From contig OY762007.1 of the NCBI GenBank assembly GCA_963665115.1, positions 1,824,001 to 1,888,000 of the forward strand: a DNA stretch of 64,000 nt. The letters run 5' to 3'. Positions 11,296-21,538 of the stretch are shown here, one piece after another. Under the pieces are notes generated by a model, which was not told where the DNA came from, made no database searches, and saw nothing but the letters and a program-made list of their open reading frames with translations. Numbering within the stretch: position 1 is the stretch's first letter; every line of letters begins with the position of its first letter. The DNA is from an uncultured Rivularia sp. Its GTDB lineage: Bacteria; Cyanobacteriota; Cyanobacteriia; Cyanobacteriales; Nostocaceae. A program made the translations under genes and the position numbers.

Positions 11296-11730
11296 ATGAA
11301 CGATAAACAGGTGCATTATGTAGCGATCGCCATTCTCTACAAAGACAACAAATTTTTAATGCAGTTGCGAGATAATATCCCAACTATTCCCTATCCGGGT
11401 TATTGGGCATTTTTTGGCGGACATATAGAACCAGGTGAAACTCCCGAAATCGCCGTGAGAAGAGAAGTTACAGAAGAAATTAGCTATACGTTACCAGAAA
11501 AAATTTATGAATTTGGTCGTTATGACTCAGAAAAAGCAGTGCGTCATGTTTTCCACGCACCCCTAGAAGTCGAACTAGATAAATTAGTACTCGGCGAAGG
11601 TTGGGATATGGGTTTAGTAACTCCCGAAGAAATTCGCAAAGGTAAGTGTTATTCCGCTGCGGCAGGAGAAGAAAGACCTTTAGGTGATGTCCATCAGCGG
11701 ATTTTGTTGGATTTTATGAATAAAAGTTAG
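11296..11730 (+). CDS. NUDIX hydrolase
   Basis: [21 protein letters not shown]udix box. Confidence 0.92.
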   Translation: MNDKQVHYVAIAILYKDNKFLMQLRDNIPTIPYPGYWAFFGGHIEPGETPEIAVRREVTEEISYTLPEKIYEFGRYDSEKAVRHVFHAPLEVELDKLVLGEGWDMGLVTPEEIRKGKCYSAAAGEERPLGDVHQRILLDFMNKS

Positions 11731-12057
11731 TGGTTAGTTGTTATTTGTTATTTGTTAGGAGTGAGGAGTTAGTAATTAAGAATTAGGAGTTAATATTTTA
11801 TCCTTGTCCCCTTGTCTCCCCATCTCCCCCTCTTCCCCCTCTCCCATTCCCTTTTTCTAAAAAATAGTTCGCAAACTATCCGGAATAGATAGAAATACGG
11901 TGGAAGTAATAATCAGCTTGACGAATTCTATAGCCAATTTTTATATCGAAACCGGGGAACTTCATCTTATAACCCCGCCGTCTTATGAAAAGCTCAGTCT
12001 TAACGGCTGGGCTTTTGACGTTTTTGGATTGGGGAATTGGGGATGGGGAATAAAATA

Positions 12058-12132
12058 CCTGGCGATTGAATATCTCCTCCGGAGACGCTGCGAAGGCAGC
12101 TGCTACACAGGCGAAACCCACCTCCGTGGGTT
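12058..12132 (+). repeat. Dispersed two-hairpin repeat (CCTGGCGATTGAA...CTACACAG..AAACCCACCTCCGTGGGTT) with a nested TCTCC..GGAGACGCT insert
   Basis: Uninterrupted copy on the minus strand at 55762-55812. Confidence 0.75.
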
Positions 12133-12316
12133 ATTTGATTGACAAAAGCACCCTTTTCAGATTTTGGATTTTAGATTAAAAATCTTAATTAAGAGTAAGA
12201 AGTTATGAATTTAAAATTCTCCCCACTCTGCCCCCTCTCTTCATCCCCAATTCTCAAAATAATAGTCCAACAAGCTAAAACCGCAATAAACTAATAACTA
12301 TTGTGGAGAAGGTGCT

Positions 12317-13378
12317 ATGGCTGAAGGTTTCAAACTGCCGAGATGGTTAAGTTTAGGGTTGGCTTTTCCGTTATGTATTCTTAATGCTTGGGTATTGCTT
12401 GGAGTTATTAAATATCTTCAACCCTTGGTAAATATAGTTATTGCTGCTGTATTGCTAGCTTTTGTTTTAGAATATCCGATTGTTTTTTTCCAGCGACGAG
12501 GGGTAAAACGTAATTTAGCTATTGTGGGAGTACTTCTACTCGCGGTTGTAATACTCGCAGCTCTAGGAATTACAGTTTTACCGTTAATTCTCGAACAGGT
12601 AAACGAATTAGTAAATATATTGCCAAGTTGGATTGACTCAGGTTCGCAACAGTTACAAGTTTGGCAGAATTGGGCTGCAACTCAACAGCTACCAGTTAAT
12701 CTTAGTGGTTTACTTCCCGATATTCTCCAAAAATTATCTAATCAAGTTCAAAGCTTGAGTGGTAGAATAATAGGCTTAGCATTCGGTACCATCGGCAGCG
12801 TTTTCAATATATTACTGACGGTAGTGCTGACTTTGTACATGATTTTAAATGGCGATCGCCTTTGGGAGGGAATTCTCAAATGGTTTCCGGAACGCATTAG
12901 TAAGCAGGTAAGCGAGTCTTTGAGCGAAGACTTTCAGAATTACTTTATCGGACAAGCAACTTTAGCTACCATCCTTGCAACGGGGTTAACTTTGGCTTTT
13001 GTCGCGTTAAAAGTTCCTTTAAATTTATTGTTTGCTTTAGTTATTGGATTTTTCGCGTTATTTCCTTTCGGTACGGGTATTGGAATTACTTTAGTCAGTT
13101 TATTGGTGGGATTGAACAACTTTTGGTTGGGAGTCGAAGTTTTAACCGTAGCAGTCGCAATTGACCAATTTAACTATAATTTTGTAGCGCCACGCATCCT
13201 CAGTAAATTTACTGGCTTAAACCCAGTTTGGGTAGTAATTTCATTGTTAATTGGAGCGAAACTTTTAGGAGTCTTGGGATTATTAGTTGCGATTCCCTTA
13301 GCTAGTTTTATTAAAAGCGTTGCTGATGGTTGGCGAGATGGGGAATTTAATATGGTAGACGATAAAGAATTATCGTAG
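12317..13378 (+). CDS. AI-2E (PerM) family transporter
   Basis: YFIGQ, VAPRIL..TGLNPVWV, GLLVAIPLAS; hydrophobic. Confidence 0.9.
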   Translation: MAEGFKLPRWLSLGLAFPLCILNAWVLLGVIKYLQPLVNIVIAAVLLAFVLEYPIVFFQRRGVKRNLAIVGVLLLAVVILAALGITVLPLILEQVNELVNILPSWIDSGSQQLQVWQNWAATQQLPVNLSGLLPDILQKLSNQVQSLSGRIIGLAFGTIGSVFNILLTVVLTLYMILNGDRLWEGILKWFPERISKQVSESLSEDFQNYFIGQATLATILATGLTLAFVALKVPLNLLFALVIGFFALFPFGTGIGITLVSLLVGLNNFWLGVEVLTVAVAIDQFNYNFVAPRILSKFTGLNPVWVVISLLIGAKLLGVLGLLVAIPLASFIKSVADGWRDGEFNMVDDKELS

Positions 13379-13443
13379 GTTGGGTTAAACGCTTTTAGCA
13401 TTTAAAGTTTTAGTTAAGAATCTATATAGCGTCGTAACCCAAC
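13375..13443 (+). repeat. GTAG-led REP-like palindrome with 36-nt loop
   Basis: GTAG-GTTGGGTTAAACGC ... GCGTCGTAACCCAAC. Confidence 0.7.
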
Positions 13444-13639
13444 ATCTCTAGCCGTCTGAGCAACAAATTCTTAGTTCGTAGTAAGGGGACATTGCTTCCC
13501 TCTGCTCTTTTCAGTTAGTTCGCACTAACGCACCATCAAATTCAAATACAATCAATTTTAGGATATTTTTATTTATTCAAGATGTTGGTATTGGGTTACG
13601 ACTACAAATTTACGAACAGATTACGGATTAAAAAAACCT

Positions 13640-14010
13640 TACTAGACGCAGCGTTAGCAGCTAGCGAAGCGTACCGTAGGTATTGCGTGTCCGACAGGAC
13701 ATAAAGTGTGATCTTGGGGAGCCTTCATAAGGTGTGCGGTGAGACTAGGCAAGGGGGTGTCGGTTTCCGTCCCCCAAAAAGCGCGTTAGCGAAGCGAGGC
13801 GTTAGCCTTACCCGGAGGGGGGAACACAGCCGTTGAGCGAACTGCCGTTAGCGTTCACGCTCCGCGTGCGGCTCAGCGTCTCCCCTTGGGAGATACCCGT
13901 TCACGCTCCGCGTGCGGCTCAGGGGATAAGCGCGTTGAGAGAAGTAGCGTGGTTTCCCCCATGTGAGTCGGAGGCAATCTCTTCGAGAACAACTTTTCAG
14001 CCTTAGAGAG
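13640..14010. repeat. GC-rich pile-up of nested small palindromic dispersed repeats
   Basis: 25-nt direct repeat at 13852-13876 and 13898-13922; compound unit shared with 8086-8140; many short hairpins. Confidence 0.8.
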
Positions 14011-14100
14011 CGCGGAGGAAAGAGGTAGAAGAGAGATAGTGATGATTTGATTTCAAGCTTACAATTTTAATGTATAGTGTGGCGATAACTGGAGATAATT

Positions 14101-15270
14101 GTGGAAGACAGCAGATTAATAAAGTCCCTACAATTAGAAAACTTTCTTTCCTATGGAAGCGAGAGTGAAGAAATTGAATTACAACCGCTGAATGTATTAA
14201 TTGGTTCAAATGCATCGGGAAAATCGAATTTAATTGAAGCGATCGCATTATTAAAAGCAACACCCACCGATTTACCAGCACCAATCCGTCAAGGTGGAGG
14301 TATTACTAATTTTATTTGGAAAGGTAGTAAAGAAAATCCAGTAGCTAGAATAAAAGCTATTATAAATTATCCTCCAGGACTTCAACCTTTAAACTATGAG
14401 TTGAAATTGAGTGCTACCCATCAAAAATTAGATATTATTGACGAAGCTATAGAAACTGATGCTGATACATTTTATAATTATCTTAGTGGTTATTCAATTT
14501 TAAAAGCTAAGTCAAATAGTTCTACAGAAACACAAATACAGCATTTTACACCGGGCTGGATAAATCCACAGCAGTCTATTTTATCTCAAAGAAAAGATCC
14601 TTATTTATATCCAGAAATATCATATTTAGGTAATAAATTTGCAAATATCTGTTTATATAGAGAATCGCATATTGGCAGATATTCAGAATTAAGAAATCTC
14701 CAGAAAACTGATTTACCGGAAAATCCTCTTTTAGAAGATGGAAGTAATCTAGGATTATTTTTAAATTACCTCCAATACCAACTAGGCAATAGAAAACTTA
14801 TTGAAAAGCTAAGAAAATTTTATGATGATGCAGAAGAACTTATTATAAAGATATCTGGGGGAACAGTACAGATATTTATTCGCGAAGAAGGTTTAATTCA
14901 ACCGATTCCTGCAACTCGATTATCCGATGGTACGCTTCATTATTTATTTTTAATGGCTTTACTATTAGATCCCACTCCACCACCACTTATATGTATTGAA
15001 GAACCAGAAATAGGTTTTCATCCTGATATTTTACCTGTTATTGCCGAAATGTTAATAGAAGCATCTCAAAAAACGCAATTAATTGTCACAACTCATTCAG
15101 ATGTTTTAGTTTCTGCGATTCCTCCCGAATCGGTATTAGTTTGCGAAAGGAATCAGGAAAAAGGTACTTATTTACGTCGTCTTCAACCCGAACAATTGAA
15201 AGATTGGTTAGAAAACTATACCGTTGGAGATTTATGGAGGATGGGTGAAATCGGGGGAACTAGATGGTAA
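14101..15270 (+). CDS. ABC/SMC-like AAA ATPase (AAA_21/AAA_15 type)
   Basis: Walker A GSNASGKS, signature LSDGT, Walker B ICIEEPE, H-loop TTHS. Confidence 0.9.
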   Translation: MEDSRLIKSLQLENFLSYGSESEEIELQPLNVLIGSNASGKSNLIEAIALLKATPTDLPAPIRQGGGITNFIWKGSKENPVARIKAIINYPPGLQPLNYELKLSATHQKLDIIDEAIETDADTFYNYLSGYSILKAKSNSSTETQIQHFTPGWINPQQSILSQRKDPYLYPEISYLGNKFANICLYRESHIGRYSELRNLQKTDLPENPLLEDGSNLGLFLNYLQYQLGNRKLIEKLRKFYDDAEELIIKISGGTVQIFIREEGLIQPIPATRLSDGTLHYLFLMALLLDPTPPPLICIEEPEIGFHPDILPVIAEMLIEASQKTQLIVTTHSDVLVSAIPPESVLVCERNQEKGTYLRRLQPEQLKDWLENYTVGDLWRMGEIGGTRW

Positions 15271-15878
15271 AGGAAATTCGTATTTATATTGAAGGTGGTG
15301 GTGACAGTAATAATACTAAAGCTTCGATTCGTAGAGGATTTAGCCAGTTTTTTCAAGAATTAGTACAGTTAGCAAGAAGCAAAAATATAAAATGGCAAAT
15401 TATTATTTGTGGAAGTCGGAATAATGCTTTCCGCGATTTCAAAACCGCTTTAAAATTTCATCAAAATGCTTTTAATGTACTTTTAGTTGATGCAGAAGCA
15501 CCTGTAAATAATTCTCCTTGGGAGCATTTAAATAAAAGAGATAATTGGACACCACCAGAAATAGATGATACTCACTGTCATTTAATGGTGCAAACAATGG
15601 AAGCATGGATGATTGCTGATGTTGAGACTCTGAAAAATTTTTACGGTAAGGGGTTTAAAGAAAATGCTATTCCTAAAACTTTAAATGTAGAGAAAATCAA
15701 TAAATCTAGTTTAGCATCAAGTCTTAAAGAAGCTACCCGCAATACTTCAAAAGGCGAATATCAAAAAATAAAGCACGCTTCAAAGCTTTTAGAAATGTTG
15801 GATGTTGAGAAAGTACGTCAAGCTTCTTTTCACTGCGATGGCTTGTTTAAAATTTTGTCAGAAAAAATGGCTGAATAA
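15264..15878 (+). CDS. DUF4276-family (TOPRIM-like) protein, translationally coupled to the ATPase
   Basis: IYIEGGGD, LLVDAE, MEAWMIAD; start overlaps the ATPase stop. Confidence 0.8.
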   Translation: MVKEIRIYIEGGGDSNNTKASIRRGFSQFFQELVQLARSKNIKWQIIICGSRNNAFRDFKTALKFHQNAFNVLLVDAEAPVNNSPWEHLNKRDNWTPPEIDDTHCHLMVQTMEAWMIADVETLKNFYGKGFKENAIPKTLNVEKINKSSLASSLKEATRNTSKGEYQKIKHASKLLEMLDVEKVRQASFHCDGLFKILSEKMAE

Positions 15879-15989
15879 GTAAGTTTTACCTTGTGAGTGG
15901 GAATACTTTAAATATCAACCGTGAAAAATCTATATATAAGAATTCACAGTTTAGGTATCTAGCCTATTTGTATTCAAAAATATTTTGTC

Positions 15990-16787
15990 ATGTCCGAAAA
16001 TCCAACTATTACCGAACTAACACCCAAACAAGAAGCTTTAATTCCGGTTTATCGGGAGAAATGGCGAAAAATTGCGCTTTCAACCCAGAGGATTGATGAG
16101 AAGAAAGCAAAAAAAGCGGTAAAAGCAGCTTATCAGTGGTTTGAAAAGGAAGTACCTGAAATTGTTTTTGTTGAAAGTCCTAATGCGGCTTTGAAAGAAT
16201 TGTATGATATTGGTTGCAATTACTCACATTTTTCTATTAAATACGATTTGCGACATCCTTTAATAAATTATCCATACGAACGTTCTCATAATGCTACTGC
16301 TATTGAAGAACGAACTGAAATAGAACGAGAAATATTAAAGATAGTATTAGAACAAAATTATCAGATACATACTCAGTTGGAAGAAGATTTAGATGAACAA
16401 GAGATTGGGATACCTGATGAATACACGTTAGGTGGTATCCAAACTGATTTTTTAATTGCTGAATGCTGTTTTTATGATTTCTGTATTTCCGTTTTAAAGT
16501 TACCTCACAACCAAAATCAATGGAAAGCTTTTAAAAATATAGTTAAGCATTGTGGATGGATTTTTGATTACAACAATGTTTGTATAGTATCCAATCGCCC
16601 AATTAAATTATCCTTCGACGAACAAAACAACCTCCACGAGTCAAACGGAAAACCCGCAATCGAATACTCTGACGGTTTCAAGGTTTACGCTTATCACGGT
16701 GTTTGGTTCCCAGAAAAATATGGTACTATTCCGACATCGGAATGGAAATCTCAATATTGCATAATGTTGAGCCACTCGCCGCTCTAA
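15990..16787 (+). CDS. DUF6745-like protein; 3' end altered by the IS insertion
   Basis: ITELTPKQEALIPVYREKWRKIALST...LH...KPAIEYSDGFKVYAYHGV; last codons run into the IS right end. Confidence 0.7.
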   Translation: MSENPTITELTPKQEALIPVYREKWRKIALSTQRIDEKKAKKAVKAAYQWFEKEVPEIVFVESPNAALKELYDIGCNYSHFSIKYDLRHPLINYPYERSHNATAIEERTEIEREILKIVLEQNYQIHTQLEEDLDEQEIGIPDEYTLGGIQTDFLIAECCFYDFCISVLKLPHNQNQWKAFKNIVKHCGWIFDYNNVCIVSNRPIKLSFDEQNNLHESNGKPAIEYSDGFKVYAYHGVWFPEKYGTIPTSEWKSQYCIMLSHSPL

Positions 16788-16893
16788 AGAGACGGCGATT
16801 CAGGCTAGCTACCCTAACTTGTAGTCCTTCTGACTTATCTGGTTAGGGGCTGTACCTTCATTAGACATCTGCTCCGAGGGACTATAACTATCC

Positions 16894-18366
16894 CTACTTT
16901 TGCACTCGGCTACTCGATTCGCAGATTGATATTGCCGAAGCTCGGTGGGGGAAACTTCCCCCACCAGACTTCGCTGCCACCCGTCTAATAGGAACGGCTC
17001 CGTCCCCTGGATACTCACATTGAGCATCCCAAAGTGACAACTTGTTGTTATACACGCATCGACTCAAAAACGCACTAAATAAGTCCCGATGCATAGGTTT
17101 AATACCCGTTACGTCTTTATGCACTCTTTCTGATAGTTTTTTCTTGATACGAGTACCATCAAGATGAGTTTGGGACAATGCTGTAGTTTGAGTCGAAAAA
17201 GTTAGAAAATAACCGCCAGCACTTTCAGCCTTGCGTTTAAGTTCTGATTGAAAAAAACCTGGTGACTTAACAGAAATTGCTTTACCGTAACGTTTCTGCC
17301 ATCCTTTTACGCTTACTCTCTCAGTTTTAATTTGATTGCCATGACGCAGAATCTCGTTAACTAATTTACGGTTTTGAGACTTTGCATAACTTGATTTACG
17401 TCTTTCTAACTCTGCTTTTTTAGCTGCTATCCGGCGATAGTTTCTCGTTTTTATCCATTGCTTTTTACCTTTTTTAACTTTACCTTTTTTGCGAATAATT
17501 CTGTTACCAACTTTTTTATCAAAGTCTGGCTCAAAATTATCTGGATTATGCATTCTTTGAGAACGCTGCATTTTACGCTGCAACGCTTTTATTTCGCGCT
17601 CAAAAGTTGGGACTTTTTCTGCAAATGGTAATAACCCAGCTTTATTGTCAGCAACAAACGCAACATTAGAAATGTTGACATCAAGTCCAACAATTCCTTC
17701 GGTTACGTAATTAGTCGGTTTTTGATATGGTGAACCTTCGTTAACTAATTGAATAAACCATCGCTTTTTACCGTTGAGGTTACGCCATAAAATACGGCAA
17801 TATTTAACAGGCGAATTTAAGCCATGAACTATTACTGGGTTATTCCAATCAATAATCGGGTTGATTTTTAAACCACACCAAACAACTTGATTTTTAAACC
17901 AGCGTAAACCTTGCTTGTTTGATTTACCTTCTACTGATTTAAAGCGAGTAGGTACTCTAAATCTAACTTGTCTAGCCATTCCAAACAGAATACGCTCAAC
18001 AGCTTTAAACGCTCTTGTAGCTAACTTTTGTTGAGTATTAGAATCTAATTTCTCTGCTATCCATTTAGATGATTTAGCCGTTAAAACAGCAAAACTTTGT
18101 AAATCATAATCAGAAAATCTTGCTTGCTCTCTAGCAGCTTTAAACAACTCTTTACGCTGTTTCTTATCTTTCTCTCGATTAAGTTTTTTAGCTTGTTTAT
18201 AAGGCTCGGAATTATGTACCAACTCCATCCGAACTAACGCCTCGTTAAGACAAGCATTATATAATTGCCTTCCAGCCTGAAAACTTGCGTTTAACTGTTT
18301 TTCAAGCTTGCTATCAACTTTTAACGGAACTTCTGTTACGAAAGATGGAGTTGTTTTCCGAGCCAT
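16894..18366 (-). CDS. tnpB: TnpB RNA-guided endonuclease (true stop may be 16809 if a +1 G at 17004-17007 is an error)
   Basis: RQLYNACL; RuvC motifs GLDVN, IKTERVS, HRDLFSA; lysine-rich bridge helix. Confidence 0.88.
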   Translation of the reverse strand: MARKTTPSFVTEVPLKVDSKLEKQLNASFQAGRQLYNACLNEALVRMELVHNSEPYKQAKKLNREKDKKQRKELFKAAREQARFSDYDLQSFAVLTAKSSKWIAEKLDSNTQQKLATRAFKAVERILFGMARQVRFRVPTRFKSVEGKSNKQGLRWFKNQVVWCGLKINPIIDWNNPVIVHGLNSPVKYCRILWRNLNGKKRWFIQLVNEGSPYQKPTNYVTEGIVGLDVNISNVAFVADNKAGLLPFAEKVPTFEREIKALQRKMQRSQRMHNPDNFEPDFDKKVGNRIIRKKGKVKKGKKQWIKTRNYRRIAAKKAELERRKSSYAKSQNRKLVNEILRHGNQIKTERVSVKGWQKRYGKAISVKSPGFFQSELKRKAESAGGYFLTFSTQTTALSQTHLDGTRIKKKLSERVHKDVTGIKPMHRDLFSAFLSRCVYNNKLSLWDAQCEYPGDGAVPIRRVAAKSGGGSFPHRASAISICESSSRVQK

Positions 18367-18410
18367 TTGACCGACCTCTCAAATGTTGCTATAACATTAG
18401 TATACACATG
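18367..18410. promoter_or_regulatory. Overlapping divergent promoters with a palindromic operator candidate
   Basis: Plus strand TTGACC-17bp-TATAAC (18367-18395); minus strand TATACT and GAGAGG RBS for tnpB; AATGTT-5-AACATT at 18382-18398. Confidence 0.55.
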
Positions 18411-18420
18411 GAAGTATAAA

Positions 18421-18618
18421 ATGCCAAGAAATAACTTTGGTCGTTTTAAAAAAGGTCACAAGCTAGGTTTTACAACAGATAGGTCGGAACCTTTAACATC
18501 TATCGTTAACCTCAGAGTTACTCAGTCTCAGAAAAATAAACTAAAAAACGTTCCCAACTGGCAGGAACGACTAAGAGAATATATAGATGATTTGAACAAT
18601 ACTGTTGACGGCGAATAA
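18421..18618 (+). CDS. Small putative ribbon-helix-helix DNA-binding protein within the IS
   Basis: IVNLRVTQSQKNKLKNVPNWQERLREYIDD beta-alpha-alpha pattern. Confidence 0.6.
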   Translation: MPRNNFGRFKKGHKLGFTTDRSEPLTSIVNLRVTQSQKNKLKNVPNWQERLREYIDDLNNTVDGE

Positions 18619-18957
18619 ATTCGCCTAACTTCGGATTTCCACCGCGCTATAAATAGTCGCGGCTACCATCCTCATAGAGCTTCAGGTGTAAGACCCAAGC
18701 TACGAACTCCGCGCCCCTCTGCGTTAAAAAAGTATTTTATTTTACTCTCAATGATAAAAAATCGTATTTATAACTAAAAATCCATTGCTATATATAAATA
18801 GCAATTGTAAAAAATGCAGCAAATAAACTGTAGTCAACTTGATGTGAAGGGTTAAAACCCTGACTACAAACTTAAATAAACTTTGAGTAAGTCAGGATAA
18901 CCTCAGTCTTTGGGTTATCATCATATATTGTCAGCTTGCAACCTGCATCCTTCATCC

Positions 18958-21534
18958 ATGACTGCATCTAAACACCAAAATACAACAACTATCGTTGACC
19001 ATCGCACGGTGGATATCAGTAAGCTGAGTCAGATGTACCAGCATTATATTGAAACTAAGGAAAAACATCCTCATGCGGTGCTTTTTTATCGAGTGGGTGA
19101 TTTTTTTGAATGTTATTTTGAAGATGCTGTAACTTTAGCTCAGGAGTTGGAACTCGTCTTAACTAGCAAGCAAGCTGGTGCTGATGTGGGACGGGTGGCT
19201 ATGAGTGGTGTCCCCCATCATTCTTGGGAGCGTCATGCTACTGGGTTGGTAGAAAAAGGTTATGCGGTAGTAATTTGCGACCAGGTAGAGGATGCTTCTC
19301 AGGTAACTGGTGGTCGTTTGGTGAAGAGGGAAATTACCAGAATTTTGACTCCCGGTACTCTTTTAGAAGATGGGATGTTAAAAGCGAGTCGGAACAATTA
19401 TTTAGCTGCTGTGGTAATTGCGGGGGATAATTGGGGTTTGGCTTATGCTGATATTTCTACGGGAGAGTTTTTAACTACTCAAACAAATGATTTGGAGCAT
19501 TTAACTCAAGAGTTGATGCGGTTGCAGCCGAGTGAGGTGTTATTTCCTACTAACGCTCCGGATTTGGGTGCGCTACTTAGACCTGGTGAAAAGTCGAATA
19601 GTTTACCCCAATGTCTGCCAACTTCGTTTTGTTATGCGTTGCGATCCCAAGTTCCTTTTTCTCAAGGTGAAGCGAGAAGTCGGTTATTGCAAAAGTTCAG
19701 ACTCCGCTCTCTGGAAGGGGTTGGTTGCGACCATTTACCTTTAGCCGTGCGTGCTGCTGGTGGTTTGTTGGAATATTTAGAGGAAACGCAAAAGCAAAAT
19801 AAGGTTCCTTTACAGCCTTTGCGAACTTATACTTTTACTGATTTTTTAGTTGTAGATTATTCAACAAGGCGTAACCTGGAAATTACGCAGACGATTCGTG
19901 ATGGTACTTATCATGGCTCGCTGTCGTGGGCTATGGATAGAACTACTACGGCTATGGGTGGACGTGCTTTGAAACGATGGTTGTTGCAGCCGTTGTTGGA
20001 TGTGAAGGGGATTCGCTCTCGGCAGGATACGATACAGGAATTAACGGAAAATACAACTTTGCGTCAAGATTTACGCGGGTTGTTAAAGCAGATTTATGAT
20101 TTGGAAAGGTTAAGCGGACGTTCTGGTTCTGGAACTGCGAATGCAAGAGATTTGTGGGCTTTGGCGGATTCTTTATCTAAGTTACCGCAGTTGGCTAATT
20201 TGGTGATGGATGCTCGTTCTCCTTTTCTCAAGGCTTTGCAGAAAGTTCCGCCAAGTATGGAAGAGTTAGCGGATAAAATAAAAACTCATATTGTGGAATC
20301 TCCGCCGATACAAATTAAGGAAGGTGGTTTAATTAGGGAAGGGATAAATCCTTTATTAGATGAAAGAAAAGAATTAGTAGAAGATGACCAAAAGTGGATT
20401 GCGAATTTAGAAATTGATGAAAGGGAAAGGACGGGAATTCCTAAGTTAAAAGTTGGTTATAACAAGACTTTTGGTTATTATCTCAGCGTTTCTCGGGCTT
20501 TAGCCGAAAAGGTTCCCGATAATTATATTCGCAAGCAGACTTTAACTAATGAAGAACGTTATATTACTCCGGAATTGAAGGAAAGAGAAGCTCGGATTTT
20601 AACTGCAAGAGATGATTTAAATAAGTTGGAATTTGACATCTTCTTAGCGTTACGGGAAGAAGTTGGTTCTCAAGCCGAAACTATTCGCAATATATCCCGT
20701 GCTGTTGCAGCGGCTGATGTGTTGTGTGGCTTAGCAGAATTAGCGGTATTTCAAGGTTATTGTCGTCCTGAAATGGTTGAAGGAAGAGAAATTAGGATTA
20801 TCGATGGAAGACATCCGGTAGTTGAGCAGTCTTTACCCGCTGGTTTCTTTGTACCAAATTCGACTTATTTAGGAAGGGAAGAAAATCAAGATAATGATAA
20901 TAATCAAAGTAAAAATTCTCCCGATTTAATTATTCTTACCGGGCCAAATGCCAGCGGTAAAAGTTGTTACTTACGTCAGGTGGGATTAATTCAACTAATG
21001 GCGCAGGTGGGAAGCTATATTCCAGCTAGCTCGGCAACTCTGGGAGTTTGCGATCGCATTTTTACTCGCGTAGGTGCGGTAGATGATTTAGCTACCGGAC
21101 AATCTACTTTTATGGTGGAAATGAACGAGACGGCAAATATTCTCAATCATGGTACGTCAAGATCGTTAGTATTGTTAGATGAAATTGGTCGAGGTACGGC
21201 GACTTTTGATGGTTTATCAATCGCATGGGCTGTAGGAGAATATATTGCCACCGAACTTTTAGCGAGAACAATTTTTGCAACTCACTATCATGAATTGAAT
21301 GAATTAGCGTCGCTGTTAGATAACGTTGCTAATTATCAGGTGACGGTGAAAGAAATGCCAGACCAAATTATCTTTTTGCATCAAGTACAACCCGGTGGTG
21401 CCGATAAATCTTATGGTATTGAAGCGGGAAGATTGGCAGGTTTACCAGCAACGGTGATAAAGCGAGCAAAGCAGGTGATGGGACAAATTGAGCAGCATAG
21501 TAAAATTGCCATTGGATTGAAATCGTTGGATTAA
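18958..21534 (+). CDS. mutS: DNA mismatch repair protein MutS
   Basis: [41 protein letters not shown]. Confidence 0.97.
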   Translation: MTASKHQNTTTIVDHRTVDISKLSQMYQHYIETKEKHPHAVLFYRVGDFFECYFEDAVTLAQELELVLTSKQAGADVGRVAMSGVPHHSWERHATGLVEKGYAVVICDQVEDASQVTGGRLVKREITRILTPGTLLEDGMLKASRNNYLAAVVIAGDNWGLAYADISTGEFLTTQTNDLEHLTQELMRLQPSEVLFPTNAPDLGALLRPGEKSNSLPQCLPTSFCYALRSQVPFSQGEARSRLLQKFRLRSLEGVGCDHLPLAVRAAGGLLEYLEETQKQNKVPLQPLRTYTFTDFLVVDYSTRRNLEITQTIRDGTYHGSLSWAMDRTTTAMGGRALKRWLLQPLLDVKGIRSRQDTIQELTENTTLRQDLRGLLKQIYDLERLSGRSGSGTANARDLWALADSLSKLPQLANLVMDARSPFLKALQKVPPSMEELADKIKTHIVESPPIQIKEGGLIREGINPLLDERKELVEDDQKWIANLEIDERERTGIPKLKVGYNKTFGYYLSVSRALAEKVPDNYIRKQTLTNEERYITPELKEREARILTARDDLNKLEFDIFLALREEVGSQAETIRNISRAVAAADVLCGLAELAVFQGYCRPEMVEGREIRIIDGRHPVVEQSLPAGFFVPNSTYLGREENQDNDNNQSKNSPDLIILTGPNASGKSCYLRQVGLIQLMAQVGSYIPASSATLGVCDRIFTRVGAVDDLATGQSTFMVEMNETANILNHGTSRSLVLLDEIGRGTATFDGLSIAWAVGEYIATELLARTIFATHYHELNELASLLDNVANYQVTVKEMPDQIIFLHQVQPGGADKSYGIEAGRLAGLPATVIKRAKQVMGQIEQHSKIAIGLKSLD

Positions 21535-21538
21535 AAGA

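Larger units (their letters stand above)
16767..18685 (-). mobile_element. Non-autonomous IS200/IS605-family element (tnpB plus small divergent gene, no tnpA)
   Basis: Parallel 21-nt imperfect hairpins at 16777-16797 and 18642-18662. On the minus strand the right end is GAAT-hairpin-6nt-TCAA and the left end is GTAG-hairpin. Confidence 0.8.

Noticed and set aside
11876..12142. Two short opposing ORFs
   Set aside because: Largely composed of STRR and palindromic repeats; no recognisable protein signal
16894..18366. Cas12f/Cas12-type CRISPR effector
   Set aside because: No adjacent repeat-spacer array; IS605-type end hairpins indicate TnpB
18688..18691. TTAC as an IS608-like left target site
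   Set aside because: It would require an AAAG guide at the hairpin foot; the observed guide is GTAG, which fits ACAC better. Not fully excluded.
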